A stretch of 64,000 nucleotides of DNA from a virus, in the IMG/VR virus record IMGVR_UViG_3300021962_000032. One strand, given 5' to 3'. Position 1 is the first letter of the stretch. The number at the start of each line of letters is the position of its first letter. The position numbers and the translations under genes were made by a program. The notes under the pieces are model-generated. The model was not told where the DNA came from. It saw only the letters and a list, made by a program, of their open reading frames with translations, and did not search any database. Of the stretch, positions 1 through 7,411 are shown piece after piece.

Positions 1-425
1 TTAGTAGTATAATCTTGAATCGTAATTAGAAGAATTTCTTCGATACAATCTTTTGGATCGGGGAATCCATTCTCTGAAGCAACCTCAATATCAATAGTGT
101 AAAGTTTAATTTTACCAATATCAAACTTTATTTCATCCTCTGGATACTTATCGGAAATATATTGGTAGATATACCGATCATTTCCATAAATTTTAAAATT
201 GTCTACATCATCATATTTTTTATAAAATTCCCTACAATCTTTTACGGATCCAGGTTTAATCTCCTGGACATATTCGCCCTCAAGAGTTTTATGCTTTGTT
301 TTTTTATTTGATTTTATAAAAAGAGTTGGAGAATACTCTTCTTTAAACATTACTTGTTTTCCATTTTCATAACCACGAACGAGAAATTGATTCCCGATCA
401 TTTGCACATTGGTATAAAATCTCAT
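1..425 (-). CDS. gp43: Family B DNA polymerase gp43, N-terminal part (runs off the window)
   Basis: Hand translation from ATG at 425: MRFYTNVQMIGNQFLVRGYENG...YGNDRYIYQYISD...KLYTIDIEVASENGFP (ExoI DIE motif). Sits downstream of regA. ATGA overlap with the upstream ORF. Confidence 0.95.
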   Translation of the reverse strand, partial: MRFYTNVQMIGNQFLVRGYENGKQVMFKEEYSPTLFIKSNKKTKHKTLEGEYVQEIKPGSVKDCREFYKKYDDVDNFKIYGNDRYIYQYISDKYPEDEIKFDIGKIKLYTIDIEVASENGFPDPKDCIEEILLITIQDYTT

Positions 426-709
426 TTAGTAAGTTCTTCGTATTTTTCCAGTAATGTTGCTCTTGGTTTAAAAAGAGTAAGAATTTTATCAGAATGAATA
501 TCAAAATAAGATACACCCGGAGGAGTATAATTATCTAACCAAGATGACATTTCCATATTGGTTTGATCAACCAAATATGGATTGACTAATCGACAATCTG
601 GTTCCCCAAGTTCTGATGAAATCTGCTCAACTTCAGATATCAGAAGTTGATTGTTCATCAACATTAACATCATTATCATTTTGAGATTCTGTTCCGTCTG
701 TTGTTCCAT
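422..709 (-). CDS. Hypothetical protein, Sm/LSm-like paralogue
   Basis: Pattern L-x-NP...W...I-x-S-DKI-x-T-x-x-P shared with ORFs at 633, 4030 and 11039. Translationally coupled to gp43. Start uncertain. Confidence 0.75.
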   Translation of the reverse strand: MEQQTEQNLKMIMMLMLMNNQLLISEVEQISSELGEPDCRLVNPYLVDQTNMEMSSWLDNYTPPGVSYFDIHSDKILTLFKPRATLLEKYEELTK

Positions 710-1019
710 TTCCTAATACCTGTTTATTATACATTTCTTCCAATTCTGGAGTCGGATTAACAAAGGTTACAACCCAATCCGAAGGAATTTCTACTTCTTC
801 ATCTTTAGACAAAGAAGGCCAAGGATATAAAGATACACTTAATTGATTAACTTTATTAAGTAATTCAGTATCTCCTTCTTTAATCTGAAATTCACCATTT
901 ATAACCACAGAACATGGTCTATTGAATTGATACTTGACGAGTGTTTCTCCTGCAAATAATCCCATTGCATCGGTAATTAGTTGCTCACCACTCTTTAAAA
1001 TTGCAATTTTAACTGCCAT
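633..1019 (-). CDS. Hypothetical protein, Sm/LSm-like paralogue
   Basis: MAVKIAILKSGEQLIT...RP...YPWP...EIPSDWVVTFVNP. Start at 1019 chosen because GGAG lies about 10 nt upstream; the 1028 ATG is only 1 nt from the SD. Confidence 0.8.
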   Translation of the reverse strand: MAVKIAILKSGEQLITDAMGLFAGETLVKYQFNRPCSVVINGEFQIKEGDTELLNKVNQLSVSLYPWPSLSKDEEVEIPSDWVVTFVNPTPELEEMYNKQVLGNGTTDGTESQNDNDVNVDEQSTSDI

Positions 1020-1040
1020 AAATTTCATGCTCCTAACGAT

Positions 1041-1069
1041 ATTATATCAAGAAAAAAGAGGGGTGTCAA
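1041..1069 (-). promoter_or_regulatory. Consensus sigma70-type early promoter for the Sm-like genes and gp43
   Basis: Minus strand TTGACA-N17-TATAAT with extended TG (TGATATAAT). Confidence 0.85.
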
Positions 1070-1121
1070 CTGGATTTTGCCAGTGTCCCCTCGGCCGACG
1101 ATATTTGGGTAATCCCCAAAT
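1052..1121 (-). ncRNA. Candidate ~70-nt late small RNA (two hairpins, U-tail)
   Basis: TATAAATA at 1123-1130, then hairpin ATTTGGG-GATTA-CCCAAAT, linker ATCGTCGGCC, stem GAGGGG..ACTGG-CAAAAT-CCAGT..CCCCTC and T6. No ORF. Confidence 0.45.
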
Positions 1122-1122
1122 T

Positions 1123-1130
1123 TATTTATA
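1123..1130 (-). promoter_or_regulatory. T4-type late promoter TATAAATA
   Basis: Exact gp55 consensus immediately after the FkbM stop. Confidence 0.7.
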
Positions 1131-1721
1131 CTAGTAGTTTAATTTTTCAAAAGCCCAATCATATGGATGGAGAGCTTGAACTTGAGTATACCTCATTCCA
1201 TGAAGCATATTTCTTATAGGATCACCATAGTATTCTAAATGTATAAATTCAAATTCTATTCTTTTTATATCATATTTTTTCCAATCAAAAGTCAACATGA
1301 CTTCACCATCCATCCCCTCAACATCAAGATATAACCAATCCAAATAATTTATTTTATGTTCCATCAATAAATTATCAAGTGTAATACACGGAGATTTAAA
1401 AGAATTTATCTCAGTATCACAACCAGGACAATGCATATGTTTGTACAAATGCTCAATCTTAGATGATGCCTTTTCATAGGAGGAAATAGAATCTCCTTCA
1501 AAATAGAAGATTTCCATTTCCTCTTCTTTTTGAAGGGGAGTTTTTATAGCTCTCTGATCAAAAATGCAATTTTCGTACCTACTATAACATTCCTTTAAAG
1601 AATCTATAAGTAGGGGATTTGGTTCTACAAAAATTCCCAAGTCAATTTGTTCATAATTTGATAGCAAATAATTCGATAGATCATCGTAACCTTTATTTGC
1701 ACCAACTTGCACTATTCTCAT
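1131..1721 (-). CDS. FkbM-family SAM-dependent methyltransferase
   Basis: VQVGANKG, FVEPNP, ITLDNLL, YLDVEGMD, IEFE motifs typical of FkbM/Methyltransf_21. Confidence 0.85.
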   Translation of the reverse strand: MRIVQVGANKGYDDLSNYLLSNYEQIDLGIFVEPNPLLIDSLKECYSRYENCIFDQRAIKTPLQKEEEMEIFYFEGDSISSYEKASSKIEHLYKHMHCPGCDTEINSFKSPCITLDNLLMEHKINYLDWLYLDVEGMDGEVMLTFDWKKYDIKRIEFEFIHLEYYGDPIRNMLHGMRYTQVQALHPYDWAFEKLNY

Positions 1722-1748
1722 TTTTATTAATAAAAAATAATTACCCTT

Positions 1749-1756
1749 TATTTATA
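1749..1756 (-). promoter_or_regulatory. Late promoter TATAAATA overlapping the hsp20 stop
   Basis: CTA TAA ATA on the minus strand. Confidence 0.65.
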
Positions 1757-2189
1757 GGTAATCTTTTCGTTTATGAGATTCTGGGACAATTTTACCAAGA
1801 ACAACACTCAACAATCCATCCTCAAATTCAACTGATCTAACTTCTGTGTCATCTGCGAGAGTCCAAGATCTGGTGAAGGATCGTTGCGCCAATCCTTTGT
1901 GTACGTAGGTGGACTCCGTTTCCTTGTCTTCTTTTTGCCCTTCCACAAAGAGTTTTCCGTCTTGCGTGTAGACAAAAACTTCCTTTTTCTTAAATCCTGC
2001 GAGTGCGATTTCCAAACGTGATTCGACATTGCTTAACGTAACTAAGTTATATGGGGGATAATTTGAAGTTGTTTCGTGAAGATTCCAGAATCTATCAAAA
2101 AAGTAATCATCAAAACCAATACCATATCGATGAATCCTATCCATAAGGGTAGGAAGATCCGACGTAGTTAATCGTGCGAGATTAGTCAT
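1752..2189 (-). CDS. hsp20: Small heat-shock protein (Hsp20/IbpA-like)
   Basis: NYPPYN, EIALAGF, HKGLAQRSFTRSWTL, FEDGLLSV alpha-crystallin motifs. Start at 2189 with AGGAG 8 nt upstream. Confidence 0.95.
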   Translation of the reverse strand: MTNLARLTTSDLPTLMDRIHRYGIGFDDYFFDRFWNLHETTSNYPPYNLVTLSNVESRLEIALAGFKKKEVFVYTQDGKLFVEGQKEDKETESTYVHKGLAQRSFTRSWTLADDTEVRSVEFEDGLLSVVLGKIVPESHKRKDYL

Positions 2190-2280
2190 TATAGTAGCTC
2201 CTTTTAAAGCGAGTTTGTATTTTGTGGACCCCGAAGGCATCCTTTAGCGAATGGGGGGGTAGATCTACCTCTCACCCATC
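2190..2280 (-). promoter_or_regulatory. Structured hsp20 5' leader with ROSE-like SD-sequestering hairpin
   Basis: Hairpins GGUA-GAUC-UACC and GGAU(G)CC-UUCG-GGGUCC, then CUC(G)CU-UUAAA-AGGAG covering the SD. Confidence 0.6.
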
Positions 2281-2302
2281 ATTATTATATATCACAAAGC
2301 AT

Positions 2303-2327
2303 AAAAAAAGGGAGTGTGGAACTCCCT
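2303..2327 (-). terminator. Intrinsic terminator after regA
   Basis: AGGGAGT-TCCAC-ACTCCCT followed by a T-run. Confidence 0.85.
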
Positions 2328-2333
2328 ACAAAA

Positions 2334-2771
2334 TCATTCGGGTACTACCCTTTTTTTAACACCGATATTATATTTTTGCTCAAGAATCCAATCATTCTTT
2401 TCTTTATAAGCAATAACTTTGATTTGATTCAAAGGTGCAATGTCCATTACTTTATCTTCGTTTACGACTTCAATTAATCCCCAATCGGAAAGGAGTCGAA
2501 TAATTCTGTTTCTGCGTTGAACATCATTCACAGTAAGATTTGCATGTTTGCCATCAAGAGCAAACAGTTCTTTGAAGTGAGTGATGTAATATCTTCCCTG
2601 CTTGTGAAGAATATGAGCACTTTGGTATAGCTTTTTTTCCTTTCTGGATGCTACACCAATTCTCGTAAGTGTTTCCCTTACTTTCAAGAAATCGTCTGGT
2701 TCCCTAAGGGTAACTTCCACCATCATATCGGGAGACCAATTTACTTGAGGTTCAATAGTTTGTGTTGTCAT
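2334..2771 (-). CDS. regA: Translational repressor RegA
   Basis: PDDFLKVRETLTRIGVAS...LYQSAHILHKQGRYYITHFKELF. Confidence 0.97.
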   Translation of the reverse strand: MTTQTIEPQVNWSPDMMVEVTLREPDDFLKVRETLTRIGVASRKEKKLYQSAHILHKQGRYYITHFKELFALDGKHANLTVNDVQRRNRIIRLLSDWGLIEVVNEDKVMDIAPLNQIKVIAYKEKNDWILEQKYNIGVKKRVVPE

Positions 2772-3151
2772 TTTGTTCCACCAGTATCAAGTCGTTGTTT
2801 AATCCAATTAATTTGATCATTTCTAAGGATCTTCAAAGCCTGGGATGCCTTTTCATTACTATAACCATAGTATTGCTTAACACATTCCAAATCCTTTACA
2901 CTATCCTTACGGAGCCAGGGAGAAAATCTCTTCTTTTTCCTCAAAGTATTTAGCAGAAAAGAATATTGCATATCTTTGTCTAAGTCAGAATACTTATTCA
3001 TTTCATTGACAAAAAGAACGCAGTCTATGTGTCCAGAAAGACATCGATTAATAATATATGGATTATATTCTTTTTTAAGAGATGGATCTTCCTCCATCAA
3101 ATTCTTTTTTGAAGAATTAATTGAATTTAACCAATCCTTAAGTTCAATCAT
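2768..3151 (-). CDS. gp62: Clamp loader small subunit gp62
   Basis: YNPYIINRCLS, NEMN, KKKRFSPW, YYGYSNEKA; directly upstream of regA. Confidence 0.92.
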   Translation of the reverse strand: MIELKDWLNSINSSKKNLMEEDPSLKKEYNPYIINRCLSGHIDCVLFVNEMNKYSDLDKDMQYSFLLNTLRKKKRFSPWLRKDSVKDLECVKQYYGYSNEKASQALKILRNDQINWIKQRLDTGGTK

Positions 3152-4028
3152 AAAGTAATTTTTCTAATGGATTCTTTTCTTCTATAGTGTAATTAGTTAC
3201 AAGTAATTCAGTTTTTAAATTATCATCTGTACCCTTTTCACCTCTATGTGCCATAGAGTAACGAAGCTTCCATTCCTTGCAATTATAATCTTTATAGAGA
3301 TCCAACAATCTATCATTAAGATTGTACGTGATCATAAACTTATGGGGACAATCATAAACATCTTCAGCAAATTTGATGTGATCAAATCCTTTATGCATTT
3401 CTCTATTTTTGCCATAGAGAAAATCTTTGATGTCATATGGAGGATCTAAGAAAACAAATACGTTTTCTCCATCGGCATTCATAACTTCGGAATAATCAAT
3501 ATTTGTGATCTTCCAATTTTTAATCAGACGAGAAAACTTTTTAATTTTTTCGGCACCCATTAAAGAGAAATTAGCATTTGCTGCAGTGACTGAGAATGTA
3601 CTGTTTTCAGTAAGACCAGAAAAGCTGCATTTGTTCATAATAAAAAATGCAACTGCCTTCTCAAGATTATCATAGGTATCAATTTCAATTTGATACCTAT
3701 CAAATAATTCTTTGGCAAACTTATCCATTTCGTCTTGGGTTTCTTTGTCAAGCATATTTTGCTTTTCTTCTTTTACCCGTTCAGAAAGTTCTTCTCCATG
3801 ATCACGAAGTTGAATCCAAAAATTGTAGAGAGGAACGTAGAGATCATTAATCCAAATAGGAACTCCTCGATATGCTTGTGCGGTATAAATTGCCATTGAT
3901 CCACCACCAATGAATGGTTCGCGATATTCCTTAAATGAAATAGGATACCATTCAGAAAGTGTTTTTATGGCTTTTGATTTACCACCAGGATACCTTAAGG
4001 GAGTTTTTAATGGATAACGTGACGACAT
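3144..4028 (-). CDS. dam: DNA adenine methyltransferase (Dam/D12 class)
   Basis: LRYPGGKS, EPFIGGGS, DPPY catalytic motif, TELLVTNY. Confidence 0.92.
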   Translation of the reverse strand: MSSRYPLKTPLRYPGGKSKAIKTLSEWYPISFKEYREPFIGGGSMAIYTAQAYRGVPIWINDLYVPLYNFWIQLRDHGEELSERVKEEKQNMLDKETQDEMDKFAKELFDRYQIEIDTYDNLEKAVAFFIMNKCSFSGLTENSTFSVTAANANFSLMGAEKIKKFSRLIKNWKITNIDYSEVMNADGENVFVFLDPPYDIKDFLYGKNREMHKGFDHIKFAEDVYDCPHKFMITYNLNDRLLDLYKDYNCKEWKLRYSMAHRGEKGTDDNLKTELLVTNYTIEEKNPLEKLLYD

Positions 4029-4029
4029 A

Positions 4030-4323
4030 TCAAACGATTAATTTTTTATTAGGAGTCATGAGTTTACTGCCAAACATTTGATTATATTGTTCAACGATAC
4101 CTTCGTCTGGATCAGCAACGTAAATAATAAACTTTAAAGATACTTCAATTTCTTGATTTTCTTTACTCAAAAGTGGAGACCAAGGAGCAAATCCGATCTT
4201 TCCCATTTCAGATGGAAAAGCAACAATAGGATTCTTGAATTTTAAGTAAGTATCTGTTTCTTCTACAATATTGGTGATTACATCTTCACCAGTGGAAAGA
4301 CGAACCAATTTTACATTTAACAT
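4030..4323 (-). CDS. Hypothetical protein, Sm/LSm-like paralogue
   Basis: VKLVRLSTGEDVI...KNP...FAPW...IIYVADP. Confidence 0.8.
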   Translation of the reverse strand: MLNVKLVRLSTGEDVITNIVEETDTYLKFKNPIVAFPSEMGKIGFAPWSPLLSKENQEIEVSLKFIIYVADPDEGIVEQYNQMFGSKLMTPNKKLIV

Positions 4324-4332
4324 TTTAAAACC

Positions 4333-5280
4333 TCATTTGAACTCACATTCTACCATGATTTCAGTCAATGCTGCAAGAAGATTAATTTCTTGGTCAGCAA
4401 CAAAAGCAGATTGATATTGATATTTTGCAATGATCAAAATTGCTGCTGGGACTGTATTTGGAGTTAGATATTGATAGCAGGCATCATAAATCTTACGAAG
4501 AATAATTCCCGAATCATTATCAAGATTAGAAACTACCCATTTACGAACATCATTAAACTTCTTCTCTTTAAGATTTTTAACCAGTTCATCTACAGCAACG
4601 TCAGAGAACATTGCAAGGATTCCCGTGTCAATTTTACCACTGACAGAATACCTTTGGCATTCATTCAGAATCCTTCTCCAATCTGGGAAGTGACTATTTA
4701 TGACTTGAATTAAAACTCTATCATCATATTCAATCAAGTTTTGATCCAGGATTGCTTTTAATCGTTCCATAAACTGAACTGCAAGTTTTGCCTTTTCCTT
4801 ACCTTTGATGGAAAAGTCAATAACTGCACATCGACTATGAAGTGGTTCAAGAATCTTATTCTTGTAGTTGCAAGTGAAGATGAACCTACAGTTATTACTA
4901 AACTGCTCGATGTTTGCCCTCAAAAGAAGTTGAACATCGTTTCCAGTATTATCAGCCTCATCAATAATAATAACTTTGTGCTTAGCATCTGATGTCATTG
5001 AAACTGTAGAAGCAAAATTCTTTGCCTGATTCCTTACAGTATCAAGAAATCTTCCTTCATCAGATCCATTGATGTAATAGTAATCAACTCCCAGTTCTTC
5101 ACACAATGCCTTTGCTACTGTGGTTTTACCTACACCAGGAGGTCCAGAGAGAAGCAAGTGAGGAATTTCACCCTTCTCTACGAATTGTTTGAATGATTCT
5201 TTTGTCTTTTCGGGAAGAATACATTCATCAATAGTTTTGGGTCGATATTGCTCAACCCAAAGAAAATCAGTTTTGTTCAT
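4333..5280 (-). CDS. gp44: Clamp loader AAA+ subunit gp44
   Basis: LWVEQYRP, GPPGVGKT, IIDEAD, SRC. Confidence 0.97.
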   Translation of the reverse strand: MNKTDFLWVEQYRPKTIDECILPEKTKESFKQFVEKGEIPHLLLSGPPGVGKTTVAKALCEELGVDYYYINGSDEGRFLDTVRNQAKNFASTVSMTSDAKHKVIIIDEADNTGNDVQLLLRANIEQFSNNCRFIFTCNYKNKILEPLHSRCAVIDFSIKGKEKAKLAVQFMERLKAILDQNLIEYDDRVLIQVINSHFPDWRRILNECQRYSVSGKIDTGILAMFSDVAVDELVKNLKEKKFNDVRKWVVSNLDNDSGIILRKIYDACYQYLTPNTVPAAILIIAKYQYQSAFVADQEINLLAALTEIMVECEFK

Positions 5281-5283
5281 AAT

Positions 5284-5796
5284 TTAGATCCATTCAGGTT
5301 TTCGTTGCGGCATACGAAGATAATTAGATGCAACCCAAGGTTTGGATGCGATATACATCTTGTAAGCAGTAAAAGTGTCAATGCTTGTATCAAATTTATA
5401 CTCATCTGGCATAGCACGGGTAAATTCGGTTACTTCAGTGATCTTCCCCTTAGGAAACAGATAATAAGCATCCACAAGTGTCTTGTAGCAAGAATGAGTT
5501 TTTCCATAACGGAGTGCATATTCATCACAGAGATTCATTCCATGCTTGATCAACCAATAGGCATTATGAATACTTTCAAGTGCCCATTTCGTACATGGAT
5601 GATTACGGAAAGCACCCTTCTCAGTTTTGTAGGGTGTATCATCAGATTTATAGAGATTGCCGTATCCATGCCCCCATTTGTCAGACGCAACAATGGAAAG
5701 CATTTGACAGCACTCCAGAGGCATCTTAACGATATGCTTATCGGGCAGACAGATGGCAGATTCTGCTGGCCAAGGAGAAGTCACAAAGATGTTCAT
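5284..5796 (-). CDS. Pyrimidine-dimer DNA glycosylase / endonuclease V-like
   Basis: MNIF...DKHIVKMPLE, NHPCTKWA, EYALRYGKTH, AMPDEYK. Confidence 0.8.
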   Translation of the reverse strand: MNIFVTSPWPAESAICLPDKHIVKMPLECCQMLSIVASDKWGHGYGNLYKSDDTPYKTEKGAFRNHPCTKWALESIHNAYWLIKHGMNLCDEYALRYGKTHSCYKTLVDAYYLFPKGKITEVTEFTRAMPDEYKFDTSIDTFTAYKMYIASKPWVASNYLRMPQRKPEWI

Positions 5797-6011
5797 AATG
5801 AAAGTTCAATGATTTTAGAGGCATCGATGACTGAGAAGAATGCTTCCAGACCAACTACGTCCCATGCCCGTATCTTAACAGCAAATGGGATCATTGCCAA
5901 GTTCCCGATCAGTCGTGCAATGCATCCAATCTTAACGTCAACATAAAGAATAAGGAAGTATCCCACTATAAGCAGGACACTTCCCAAAATTCTAAGAACA
6001 GTAGATGTCAT
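5793..6011 (-). CDS. Small membrane protein (about 3 TM)
   Basis: Three hydrophobic stretches in 72 aa; ATGA-coupled on both sides. Confidence 0.75.
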   Translation of the reverse strand: MTSTVLRILGSVLLIVGYFLILYVDVKIGCIARLIGNLAMIPFAVKIRAWDVVGLEAFFSVIDASKIIELSL

Positions 6012-6676
6012 TCAAATTCGCAATCTGGTTCCAAAGCAATATAATACATAAGATTCATATCTTTACTCTTAAAGCTTGAAATCAGTTTTTTGCCGATAAC
6101 TACTTCATAAGAACCGGGAAGAATTTTAATATTCTCAACTTTAAAATTCAAAACAAATTTAGAGTCAGTTTCTCCAACAATGATTGAATATTCATTTGAA
6201 GTATCATTCTTTTTGTCACGGACAACAAGTTTTACAACACCAGAATCACCAACTACAGATAAATCTGGAACACTGTAAACATTAGATGCTTTCAGAAGTT
6301 TATCAAGTTGATCAGTTTCAAGATTGAAAGAAACAATTTCATCTTCAACAGAAACTTTTTTATCTGGATTTGGAGTGACAATTACATTTTCATCCGCAAA
6401 GAAAAATTTGGTTCTAGATTTTCCTTCACGAATTACCACATAACCATCATTTTCAAAATCAAACTCTGGATTCTTATAAAGGCTTATGCCAGAAAGAAAT
6501 TGAGAAAGTTCATAGATTCCAAAGTTCTTTGGAATATCTTCTTCAATAACTGCTTCTGCAAGAATATTTTTCATTACGGAAACTGTACGAAGAGTATTTC
6601 CCTTTCTAAAAAGAATCGATTGATTGATAGTAGAAAAGTTTTTGAGCAGATTGTTAGTTTTTTCAGAAAGTTTCAT
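6008..6676 (-). CDS. gp45: Sliding clamp gp45
   Basis: MKLSEKT...LKNFSTINQSI, FGIYELSQFL, YYIALE. Start at 6676. Confidence 0.95.
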   Translation of the reverse strand: MKLSEKTNNLLKNFSTINQSILFRKGNTLRTVSVMKNILAEAVIEEDIPKNFGIYELSQFLSGISLYKNPEFDFENDGYVVIREGKSRTKFFFADENVIVTPNPDKKVSVEDEIVSFNLETDQLDKLLKASNVYSVPDLSVVGDSGVVKLVVRDKKNDTSNEYSIIVGETDSKFVLNFKVENIKILPGSYEVVIGKKLISSFKSKDMNLMYYIALEPDCEFE

Positions 6677-7343
6677 AACGGTCAGTAGTATTTTTGTGGA
6701 ATCCTGCGAAGTGGTACAGAAGAATACCATAATGGATAATCTTCAATGCGTCAAGCTTTGAAAAACCATTCTTTTTTCCAAACCTTGCGGAGTATTTGAT
6801 AAGGTTGTCTCGACAAAAAGGAACCCCATCCCCAATTGCTTCAATGATGTCAAGAACTTGTACCTTTGATTCTTCGGAAGTATAGTGTTGATGATAAGTA
6901 CTTGAAATATAATCTTCAGCTGCTTTTAAGGTCTTATCTTCATTAAATTTCCAAAATCCATTTTTATTATCACCACCATTCATAACATTATTATCAATTG
7001 CTTTGGGAGTTTCTGGTTTTTCATTTTTATATTTTTTGGGATCAAATTCATCCACTTTCATTTCCGTAGAGGGATAATTTTGATTGGCATATTCATTAAA
7101 ATTCATTGATGCCGTTTGTTGACTTTTTGCTTTTTTAATTAGTTCTTGTACCTGAGCTAAAGATTGTTTTTGCTCTTCTGGGATTTGCATATAACAATCG
7201 GAACAGGAACTTTCGTCTTCCATATTTTGTTCCAAAAGTTTTCTCAAATCTTCTGGAAGTTGTATTGGAGATTGATCTCTTGTGGGCATTCCACTCATAA
7301 ACATATTAATCCCTGGATAGGGCATTCCTTCATTTTGGTTCAT
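6663..7343 (-). CDS. DUF3310-like protein with long N-terminal extension
   Basis: C-terminal QHY...DII...FC..N.IKY..R.GKKNG...D..K..HY pattern. Confidence 0.7.
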   Translation of the reverse strand: MNQNEGMPYPGINMFMSGMPTRDQSPIQLPEDLRKLLEQNMEDESSCSDCYMQIPEEQKQSLAQVQELIKKAKSQQTASMNFNEYANQNYPSTEMKVDEFDPKKYKNEKPETPKAIDNNVMNGGDNKNGFWKFNEDKTLKAAEDYISSTYHQHYTSEESKVQVLDIIEAIGDGVPFCRDNLIKYSARFGKKNGFSKLDALKIIHYGILLYHFAGFHKNTTDRYETF

Positions 7344-7376
7344 AAAATTTCAATAGAATAATTTCCATCTTAATTC

Positions 7377-7405
7377 ATTGTATCAAAGTTATTCGATTTA
7401 GTCAA
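7377..7405 (-). promoter_or_regulatory. sigma70-type promoter for the DUF3310-gp45 operon
   Basis: TTGACT-N17-TACAAT with TG; -35 lies in hairpin TCGATTT-GACT-AAATCGA. Confidence 0.75.
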
Positions 7406-7411
7406 ATCGAC

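Noticed and set aside
2190-2240. hsp20 N-terminal extension from ATG 2240
   Set aside because: SD precedes ATG 2189; the upstream ATG lies within a hairpin.
5248-5946. 232-aa plus-strand ORF
   Set aside because: Antisense shadow of well-supported minus-strand genes; no motifs or RBS.
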